Shown here: positions 1 to 7,096 of the stretch, in pieces
Layout of the letters: each line of letters begins with the position of its first letter
Position numbering within the stretch: the stretch's first letter is position 1
IMG/VR virus record: IMGVR_UViG_3300014204_000003
Coordinates: 64,001 to 106,946 of that record
Direction: 5' to 3' (one strand)
Length of the DNA: 42,946 nucleotides
From: a virus
Taxonomy: Duplodnaviria > Heunggongvirae > Uroviricota > Caudoviricetes
Translations under genes and position numbers: made by a program
The notes under the pieces: model-generated
Seen by the model: only the letters and a program-made list of their open reading frames with translations
Databases searched by the model: none
What the model was told of the DNA's origin: nothing

Positions 1-135
1 TACGGCTGCAAGTACCAAGTCCTTAGGGACAATACGCCCATGTTGACGTTTTTTAATCTTCTCAATTTCATGGGTCAGGACCTTAACATTGATCTTTTGC
101 CTTGCAGCCTTTTTTATCCCATAGTGGATATCCAT
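1..135 (-). CDS. Partial ORF running off the window end (MDIHYGIKKAARQKINVKVLTHEIEKIKNVNMGVLSLRTWYLQP...), hypothetical partner of the RAMP-like gene
   Basis: ATG at 135-133, 6 nt after the stop of the 142-819 gene; open to the window edge; not in the ORF track. Confidence 0.6.
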   Translation of the reverse strand, partial: MDIHYGIKKAARQKINVKVLTHEIEKIKKRQHGRIVPKDLVLAAV

Positions 136-141
136 AATTTA

Positions 142-819
142 TTACCTTTTGGATTTTTTAACACCTTGGTCATCAAACGCCTTAGTGTCCACATGGAAGG
201 CGCCATATTCTCCATTCTTTTCTTGGCGCCACTCTCCAACCCCGACAGCAAAACCCGCCGTGTTAAAAAGGTTGACAATCTGATCCCGGCTAAGGAGATT
301 AGCATTGAATGAAACCGCCAGAAGGCATTTCCATGGAAAGAACTGTCCGCGATATCGGATGTCGGCTACACCCATTCCTATGCGCACCATATCCTCGCGC
401 ATTTCAGGTTCCGATCCCTCAACAGCGACAAGATTAGTTCTCATTTCGGAACCGTTAAATACCGTTTTAACGGGAGCCATTTCTCCAATCACCCTAAATG
501 CTTGCCGGGCCGCAATCTTGGTTACTCCCGAAAGACTGGTACAAGCTGTTACGGCTGCATTCTTGAAAGCCACGGAGGGGAATCCGTATCTTCCATCAGG
601 CATCCTATAAAGAGAAGCTTCATAATCAGCAACAGGGTCCTTGGCTACTCTCCCGGCGTTAGGGTGTTTCATTTGCTTATCAAGCATTTCCTTAATAGCC
701 TTCTCGGCCCATCTGTGACAAATTAAAGCCGAATCTCCCACAATAGGGATCATCACGGTTTCGATATTCAATGTAGCTAATGAAATTCCAACGGCAACAT
801 CAGTTTTTTTAGCAACCAT
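142..819 (-). CDS. Stand-alone RAMP/Cas7(Csm3)-like RNA-binding protein (Vipr-like), ~225 aa
   Basis: Start reassigned to ATG 819 (GGGAG upstream). RAMP-like motifs in order: IPIVGDSALI (beta1), YGFPSVAFKNAAVTAC (cf. Csm3 IPGSSLKG), REDMVRI, IRYRGQF..W...L.V.F, and the C-terminal Gly-rich loop AGFAVGVGEWRQEKNGEYGAFHV. Confidence 0.75.
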   Translation of the reverse strand: MVAKKTDVAVGISLATLNIETVMIPIVGDSALICHRWAEKAIKEMLDKQMKHPNAGRVAKDPVADYEASLYRMPDGRYGFPSVAFKNAAVTACTSLSGVTKIAARQAFRVIGEMAPVKTVFNGSEMRTNLVAVEGSEPEMREDMVRIGMGVADIRYRGQFFPWKCLLAVSFNANLLSRDQIVNLFNTAGFAVGVGEWRQEKNGEYGAFHVDTKAFDDQGVKKSKR

Positions 820-844
820 AATTTTTAATTCTCCCGAAGTTATT

Positions 845-866
845 TTCCACAAGGTCCGCTGTGGAA
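845..866 (-). promoter_or_regulatory. Stem-loop between array and RAMP-like gene
   Basis: Minus strand TTCCACAG-CGGACC-TTGTGGAA: 7 Watson-Crick pairs plus one G-U; no U-tract. Confidence 0.5.
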
Positions 867-884
867 TCGCGGTACTACACTTAA

Positions 885-1593
885 ACTCCCAGACTGCCTC
901 GGCGCCCTTACCCCGACCCGCCCGAACTAAACTAGACTTTCCATAACCATCCTAGACTGCCATGCCTAACACACCAATCACAGACCAACCATCCTCTCCT
1001 CACTCAGCCTGTCCATGACTGCCTTGCCTGTCCCAGACGGTCCTTGCCGGTCCGTACCAATCCCCTCCGTACCTATCCATGACTGCCTTGCCTGCCATAC
1101 CAATCTCGCCTCGCCAATACGTTCCAGTACTTACCTTTCCTAGACTGCCTTGCCTATCCTCGCCGCACCGCTCGTCACCATAACTTCCTTGCCTGCCATA
1201 CCACGAAAATACCTCGCCACTTCGGGAATAGGCTTTATAGCCTGCCTAAACCCGCCCATCCAGTCCAGAACAAGAACCACCTTTCCTAGACTGCCTTGCC
1301 TCATCGCGCCTTGACACGACTATCCAATGAACGCCTTGCCTGCCCGGCCCGAACTTCCATTCCGCTACTCGCCACACCGGACCCTGACTGCCATGACTCT
1401 CCTCGCCGCCCTGACCGCTCCTAAACACACCCATCCCTGACTGCCAGACCAATGCTCGACCGGCCATGCCGTTACGCGCCTTAACGCTCCTCGCCGCACC
1501 TTGACTGCCATGCTGTTACCAGACAATCCCCACATTACCTCGACTGCCCGGACACGCCTCTCCATAACTGACCCCTCAATAACCTACCATGAC
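885..1593 (-). repeat. Noncoding array of 5-nt-periodic G[G/T][A/C/T]NN units punctuated by GGCA-GTC junctions (putative guide-RNA array)
   Basis: Ten exact GACTGCC (+ strand) at 892, 955, 1017, 1081, 1143, 1289, 1386, 1439, 1503, 1542; spacings 63, 62, 64, 62, 146, 97, 53, 64, 39. Example block 1083->1024: gtcat ggata ggtac ggagg ggatt ggtac ggacc ggcaa ggacc gtctg ggaca ggcaa. Confidence 0.9.
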
Positions 1594-1600
1594 AAAATAT

Positions 1601-3781
1601 TTATAAGATTGAAATATCCCCATTGCAAAGTTCTATCCGGGAATCCGCCAAATCCTTCAGCCGATCCTGATGGGCAATGAAACAGACTTTCTGGAAATTC
1701 CCAATCTCTTTTGCCCGGCGAAGCATCTGGATGTATCGAGGAGCATTTTCATCATCCAAGGCGCCAGTGGTTTCATCCCGGAAGAGAGTTTGCCAAGAAA
1801 CGCCGGATTTCATTTTATTGAAAACGGCAATTGCCAAGCTTACGGATTCAGCGATGACGACCTGTTCTCCCCCAGAGTATCCATCGATACTCCCTTCCCG
1901 GCCTTTCTCGGAATCGATAGCGATGATGTCAAATTCGTCCTTATATCCGTTCCCATCCGCCTTGAGAACCTGAGTGACGAATTTGATACTGAATCTTGGT
2001 CCGAAGCATGAGAATAAAAGGTCATTTGTAATACTACTCACAGTCGGTCCGGCCGCATCTATTTCCAATGATTGAATCCCGGAAGGGCCGAATGCGTCAT
2101 TCAGGAGGCTCCATTCCTTCTGGTCCCGTTCGAGAGCAGTAATATCTCTCATGATAGGCACTAACTTCTTGCTGGATGCCACAACTCTAAACTGGAGGTC
2201 TTCAGCTTGGGTTATCTGCTTATTAAGACTATTGACATCACCTTCAGCAACTACCTTCAATGCGGAGGCGGTACTGTAATCGTTATTGGCAATAACCAAA
2301 GATTCGTTATAAGAAACGATATTTTTGCCTTCTGATTTAGCTTTAATGATTGCCGCTTCGGCGTGATCCTTCCCTTCTTCAGCGGCAATCATTTGCTCTT
2401 TGATTTCTCCGACCTTGGCTTTCGCCTGCTCTACTTGGCTGGAGATTGAGACTATTTTCTCGAGAGTTTTAATTCGAGGTTCAATAATTGAGAGTTTCCT
2501 CTCCAATCCTTCTATTTGGAGGTCATAATTAGCAATTAGGTCGGCATTTGGCTTTGGAATAGCTTTCTGCTCATCCTGAATCTTGAGCATTGATTGAGTG
2601 GTATTCAGAAGGTCAACCTGAAAACCATCAAGATTTTCTCTGGCTTCCGTGGCGCGAAGGAGGAATTGGCATTTTGCAAAATCACCCTCAGCCTTGCATG
2701 GAACCTCATCAATAGTGGCAGAGGCTAATTGAGCGTCTGCAATTGATTTTTCACAGAGTTTCTTTGTACTTTGAAGCTGCAACCAGCGTTGCCGGAGTTC
2801 ATTAACCTGCCTGTCGTACTCCACTTTTTCCAATTGAAGGTCCCGGCGCTGGATGTTTAATTGATTCAGTTCTTTTCTGGTATCTGCCTGAGTGGTCCGG
2901 GCGACCGATAATTCCTGATTCGCCTGTTCTACCTGATCTGCGCTTTCCAGTAATTTTTGGGTAATATCCAATCGTGTTTTTAAACCAACGATCTTATTTG
3001 TAAACCCGGTATACTTTTCCGTCTCTGCGGCTATAAGGTCCTGAATCCCCTTTAACCCGGACACCTTGGATTTAAGGGACCCTATTAATTCTGCCAATTC
3101 ACATATTTTTTCAGATATTTTGCGGACATTCTCTTTGCTGGTATCCAGTCTAATTTTTAACTGCTCAATATCTGGCACTTCTTCTTTTGACTGTCTCTCG
3201 ATCGTTGCCGCTTCCGACCGCTTTGCTAGGAGTTCGGAACTGCATAACTGGTGTTCTTTGCGAAACTCCTCTGTTACGCGCTGGAGGAGTTCGAGATTGA
3301 GCATCTTAATAAATAGGCCTTTGCGCTCAATCTTTGCGAGTTTAATGAAGCTTCCACGCTTATTCTGGGCCGCGAAAGAACTCGCCATCACCATATCGGA
3401 GTTTCCGAATAGCTTGGCTACTATGGCATCGAAATCCTTTGTCTTTCCGGTTATTCCCGGAAGAGGATTCTGTTGATCGTCGTAGAGGAACGCCTCCATC
3501 TTCGAATACACAGCATCTATGTTGACTACCGCTTCATAAATCTTGCCGTGCCAGTCGAATTTGAAATCAACCAAAGCATCCCTGCCCTTGCAGAATTCAT
3601 AAACACCAGGCCTCGAGGGAAGCATCCGATACAGAGAGAGAAACATCGATTCCATCAATGATGTTTTCCCTTGGCCATTTTTCCCGGTAATAGCGATAAG
3701 CGATCCGGGGATATCTGAGAAATTCACATGGATGTCATTCAGAACAGTGACGCCCCTGACCTTCATTTCGATCGGTATCAT
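1601..3781 (-). CDS. sbcC: SbcC/Rad50-like SMC ATPase
   Basis: Walker A GKNGQGKT, long coiled coil, signature YSGGE, Walker B FRDE, H-loop IAHQ. Start reassigned to ATG 3781 (ATGA overlap with upstream gene). Confidence 0.9.
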   Translation of the reverse strand: MIPIEMKVRGVTVLNDIHVNFSDIPGSLIAITGKNGQGKTSLMESMFLSLYRMLPSRPGVYEFCKGRDALVDFKFDWHGKIYEAVVNIDAVYSKMEAFLYDDQQNPLPGITGKTKDFDAIVAKLFGNSDMVMASSFAAQNKRGSFIKLAKIERKGLFIKMLNLELLQRVTEEFRKEHQLCSSELLAKRSEAATIERQSKEEVPDIEQLKIRLDTSKENVRKISEKICELAELIGSLKSKVSGLKGIQDLIAAETEKYTGFTNKIVGLKTRLDITQKLLESADQVEQANQELSVARTTQADTRKELNQLNIQRRDLQLEKVEYDRQVNELRQRWLQLQSTKKLCEKSIADAQLASATIDEVPCKAEGDFAKCQFLLRATEARENLDGFQVDLLNTTQSMLKIQDEQKAIPKPNADLIANYDLQIEGLERKLSIIEPRIKTLEKIVSISSQVEQAKAKVGEIKEQMIAAEEGKDHAEAAIIKAKSEGKNIVSYNESLVIANNDYSTASALKVVAEGDVNSLNKQITQAEDLQFRVVASSKKLVPIMRDITALERDQKEWSLLNDAFGPSGIQSLEIDAAGPTVSSITNDLLFSCFGPRFSIKFVTQVLKADGNGYKDEFDIIAIDSEKGREGSIDGYSGGEQVVIAESVSLAIAVFNKMKSGVSWQTLFRDETTGALDDENAPRYIQMLRRAKEIGNFQKVCFIAHQDRLKDLADSRIELCNGDISIL

Positions 3782-4047
3782 AATCTCGTAACCTTTCCGT
3801 TGTTTTCCGGATACCAGAAAATAGCATCCCGGCCGGCTTCTTTTAAAATTAAGGGTCCATGAGGGACAAAGAACCCATTCAGAAGCCCAATAAGTTGGGC
3901 AGTTCCCCATATGGATACTTTATCTCCGTCATTTTCGTAATAACCTCCCGCGGACCCGCAATCACAAGTCCTTGGGTCCGGCTTTCCGGATTTGAATCCA
4001 CGGAGTTTTATTACATCATGGCATTTGGTGCAGAAGATCAGTTTCAT
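3778..4047 (-). CDS. Small Cys-rich, probably Zn-binding protein
   Basis: CTKC and CDCG motifs; ATGA overlaps with both neighbours. Confidence 0.7.
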   Translation of the reverse strand: MKLIFCTKCHDVIKLRGFKSGKPDPRTCDCGSAGGYYENDGDKVSIWGTAQLIGLLNGFFVPHGPLILKEAGRDAIFWYPENNGKVTRL

Positions 4048-5186
4048 CGACAGCGTTGCTCCACAACTGATAATTTCTGTTTCATCCGGATAACAGTCTC
4101 CTCGCTAGGACGGTTATTATTAGCCAACCAATACGCTTCGAGTTTTTCCTCGAGACTCTGAGCTTTGGATATCTCCACCGAACGGACCAATTCCTTGGGT
4201 ATGGTCTGCGGCTCTATCTTTACCTCAAGGGCGCCGGCCGCCAGAAGAATCTTTTCAAGTTCCTCCCGGGCATGCGCAAGATCATCGCCTTCTTCTATTT
4301 TGAGGAGTGCCCGGACTCTGGCGCCTTTCGCTCGAGCCAGCATTTCATTGAATTGCTCGCCTGTCATGGATAACTGGAGAGGCCAGATGCAGTCGACGCT
4401 GAATCGATCGACAGTTTTTAGTTGATACCATTGGGTACTTCCTTCGTCGGTATCCAGAATGACGCAATATTTTTCGGGGTCTTCTCCATAATTCATTGCG
4501 GCCGGAGATCCAGGATATGAGAAAAGATCGCTCGCCGTAAGAGGCTGATGAAGATGAATATGCCCGAAGATCCCGCCATAGAGTCCGGATTCGGAGAGGT
4601 CGTTTAGTCCAAACCCAATCCCTTCTCCGATTAATGGTTGGTGGTTCTGTGCCTGAGCTCCAGCCACAGAGAGATGGCTTATCAGAATATGGGCAATACC
4701 GGGATACTTCGCACTGTAGAGCATGACATTATTCTTCACGTATTGGAGGCCCATTTGGGAAACGGTCTTATCCCCTTCATCTTTGGACATTCCAATATTA
4801 TGAGATTGCCATGTTGCCTTTGTGAACCATGGCAGGACGTGGAAAAGGTATCTGTTGGTTCCCGGGTCCGGGAAATATATATGAGGGCTATCGAATATCA
4901 GGATAGGGTGCTTGACCTCGAGATGCCCGAAGATATCCAAGTCTCCGGGCTGATCATGATTCCCGTAACATCCGATGACCGGAGCAACCGAGCATAATTC
5001 TTGGATAAGCCGTTGAAGTAGATTCCGGCCGTCCGCGGTGCTCTTATGATCGAATAGGTCTCCGGGAAGAGCGATATAATCTACTTTATGATCCCGGAAG
5101 ATTTGAGCTATTTGCAGGACGGATGATTCCACGTCCGCGTCCATTCCGGCGCCTATATGCCAGTCTGCTGTTCCACCAATTCGCAA
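4044..5186 (-). CDS. sbcD: SbcD/Mre11-like metallophosphoesterase nuclease
   Basis: DWH, GDLFD, GNHD, SH and GHIH motifs, YPGSP; TTG start with AAGGAG RBS; adjacent to sbcC. Confidence 0.9.
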   Translation of the reverse strand: MRIGGTADWHIGAGMDADVESSVLQIAQIFRDHKVDYIALPGDLFDHKSTADGRNLLQRLIQELCSVAPVIGCYGNHDQPGDLDIFGHLEVKHPILIFDSPHIYFPDPGTNRYLFHVLPWFTKATWQSHNIGMSKDEGDKTVSQMGLQYVKNNVMLYSAKYPGIAHILISHLSVAGAQAQNHQPLIGEGIGFGLNDLSESGLYGGIFGHIHLHQPLTASDLFSYPGSPAAMNYGEDPEKYCVILDTDEGSTQWYQLKTVDRFSVDCIWPLQLSMTGEQFNEMLARAKGARVRALLKIEEGDDLAHAREELEKILLAAGALEVKIEPQTIPKELVRSVEISKAQSLEEKLEAYWLANNNRPSEETVIRMKQKLSVVEQRCR

Positions 5187-5203
5187 GGTTCTCTCCTTTT
5201 TAT

Positions 5204-5231
5204 GGGGAGCCTATCTCTCCCCTGTTTTTTT
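5204..5231 (+). terminator. Intrinsic-terminator-like hairpin on the antisense (+) strand
   Basis: GGGGAG-CCTATCT-CTCCCC followed by TG and a T7 run on +; no U-tract on the minus (coding) strand. Confidence 0.5.
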
Positions 5232-5348
5232 CAAGTATCATGATTTCAATCTAGGGTTTTCTCTCTCCGGCACTCCTTTGAATAGAAATATGAACATAAG
5301 CCAACACCATGTTGGCAGTTTTCTCCCCGGATAGGATCAGGGAAACTT

Positions 5349-6389
5349 TTACTGAATATCTGGTAACTTAGAGAGAGAATCTTCGATAGCGAATAATTCG
5401 CCATCATTTAACTCTGACAGAGGAGGCCGCCCGGGAGATAGTTCTTCCCGTGTTTTGCCTTTCTTGGTGGCATAGAGCTTGGTGATTCTCTCAATTTGGT
5501 CATCACGATCAACCCAATATCTCCGCTCCATCTGTTCATCAGGATCCAATGATTCCAATGGTTCAATATTGGCAGCGGGGAGCGCAACCGGAGGCGGAAC
5601 CTCTGGAAGCTGCGGGTTTTGTGCTGCATCAATCTGGCTGGCAGTATCGGCCTCCAGCCTCATGACCTTAAACAGTTCATTCTCAATTCCCATCTGCTTT
5701 GCGGCCATAATGGTAATGAGTTTTGATTTGATAGCCGGATCGATTGCATCAATGTTGAATGCCATACGCAAAACGACAAACGGCTTTTCCAATTCTTCAG
5801 GGAAATAACTGCTCTGGATACCGAGAAGGCCTCGGAGAACCCTAAGCTTTGCCTTAGTGATAGTTAGTTGCTCAATATTTTGCCGGGCCTTCGCCAGTTG
5901 CTCGGGGTGCCCAACCATTGAGACCGCCTGAGGAGAATCTTCGCGCAGGTCATATCCGAACCCATCGCTTTGGGACCTTACTTGACCATCGATATCCCGG
6001 ATATAACCAGTGGCTTGATATCGGCATACATGAGAATTCTTCCCATCATCTACCCTATGGATGGTAGACTTCCCGCTTTTGGGATCTTCCCATGACACTC
6101 CTGCCAACTGTTCGAGGCGCCATAATCCAATTTTTGTCAGGCCGACCTTTCTGGTCCCTTTGATAGGATAGAGTTCTTGGTCGACATAATCCCCTTTGGC
6201 ATTTGTCTTTGTGCTGATGAGATATTGGTGGATGAAAACATTCCATCCTTCAGGAAGGTAAGGCACAGAGGACCGGCAGAAGGGAGTTAGAATATGAGCC
6301 CTGTCTCGGGCGGCAGTAAGTTCTTTTTGAACTGTTTCTAAATCGTGGAAAACTGAGCTACGCAGGACTAACGACTGATTTGATGCCAT
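5349..6389 (-). CDS. Hypothetical protein, possibly a single-strand annealing/recombination protein
   Basis: Strong RBS (GGAGGG). First gene of the operon containing sbcD/sbcC. GLTKIGLWRLEQLAGVSW motif and Pro-rich linker before a small C-terminal domain. Function inferred from context only. Confidence 0.4.
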   Translation of the reverse strand: MASNQSLVLRSSVFHDLETVQKELTAARDRAHILTPFCRSSVPYLPEGWNVFIHQYLISTKTNAKGDYVDQELYPIKGTRKVGLTKIGLWRLEQLAGVSWEDPKSGKSTIHRVDDGKNSHVCRYQATGYIRDIDGQVRSQSDGFGYDLREDSPQAVSMVGHPEQLAKARQNIEQLTITKAKLRVLRGLLGIQSSYFPEELEKPFVVLRMAFNIDAIDPAIKSKLITIMAAKQMGIENELFKVMRLEADTASQIDAAQNPQLPEVPPPVALPAANIEPLESLDPDEQMERRYWVDRDDQIERITKLYATKKGKTREELSPGRPPLSELNDGELFAIEDSLSKLPDIQ

Positions 6390-6460
6390 AATACCCTCCA
6401 ATGCTTCTATTATTCTCCAGGGACTTCCATAAAATCTCCGGAGGGTGTGTTGACCGAGCC

Positions 6461-6489
6461 AATATAGATAGTTAATTATAGGATGTCAA
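6461..6489 (-). promoter_or_regulatory. Sigma70-type promoter
   Basis: TTGACA (6489-6484), 17-nt spacer, TATATT (6466-6461), in an AT-rich intergenic gap upstream of the recombination/array operon. Confidence 0.8.
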
Positions 6490-6513
6490 TAATAAAAACT
6501 ATCCATTTATAAC

Positions 6514-6822
6514 CTAATTATAACTGATTGTAATATTTGGTTTTTGGGGTTGTGATAGTTTCCCTACAACAGCAAAAGCGTTTGTCGCATCAGCTTTGGC
6601 TCCTACCACTCCTGAGATTGCGCCAACTGAAGAGTTTACGATTGCAAATAACCCTTCGAACTCCGATTGATTCATTGCAAATATAATGACACGCTGCGCC
6701 CCATCAACAGGACTTGATACCAAATCCTTGCTGATTCCGGGCGCCAATGTGATTTTGCCCGCGGTTTCCACGTCCAATTGGAGCGAAGAGACCGCGGGCG
6801 ATACGTAGAGATTGGTCCGCAT
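6514..6822 (-). CDS. Hypothetical beta-rich protein
   Basis: Coupled to upstream gene (2-nt gap); no recognisable motif. Confidence 0.65.
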   Translation of the reverse strand: MRTNLYVSPAVSSLQLDVETAGKITLAPGISKDLVSSPVDGAQRVIIFAMNQSEFEGLFAIVNSSVGAISGVVGAKADATNAFAVVGKLSQPQKPNITISYN

Positions 6823-6824
6823 GC

Positions 6825-7085
6825 TTACCCAATGGTGATTTTAATAGTAATGATTCCAACCTTTGTGCATGCTTTGGGAGTGGTTCCAGGGTCCGATTTT
6901 GGACCTTCTCCCCACGCCTCATTAATAGCTGCAATCTCAAAAACATGAGCTCCTGGGACAACATCCGGGATTTCCACGGATGTACCGGCAGGGGATGAAA
7001 CTAACGCGCCATCTTGATAGACAGCATACGCAATCACGTTCTCATCGGCGGGGTTAGCCGGCCAAGACAATGAAACAGTTGCCAT
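6825..7085 (-). CDS. Single FN3/Ig-like domain protein
   Basis: VSLSW...VIAYAVY...HVFEIAAIN..GEGPKS pattern; RBS GGGAG. Confidence 0.7.
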   Translation of the reverse strand: MATVSLSWPANPADENVIAYAVYQDGALVSSPAGTSVEIPDVVPGAHVFEIAAINEAWGEGPKSDPGTTPKACTKVGIITIKITIG

Positions 7086-7096
7086 ACTTCTTCTCC

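Noticed and set aside
1246-1565. ORFs 1246..1467 and 1365..1565 (-) within the array
   Set aside because: G/R/W/V-rich translations are by-products of the G-rich repeats. Period-5 structure with 4-nt resets is not codon-driven, the two ORFs overlap in different frames, and no credible RBS was seen.
885-1593. Canonical CRISPR array
   Set aside because: No 23-47-nt direct repeats; the longest shared element is 12 nt and the 'spacers' are themselves periodic.
885-1593. Simple microsatellite or replication-slippage tract
   Set aside because: Positions 4-5 of the units are nearly all different, whereas slippage would give identical units. Higher-order 62-64-nt blocks are also present.
3782-3910. 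N-terminal extensions given by the ORF track (sbcC; also 852, 8853, 27004, 37659, 39577, 40438)
   Set aside because: They overlap upstream genes or lack an RBS; downstream ATGs have proper RBS or stop-start coupling.
5300-5316. GCCAACA-CCA-TGTTGGC palindrome and nearby 19-aa ORF in the annealase-sbcD gap
   Set aside because: Single copy, no supporting promoter or RBS; could be chance.
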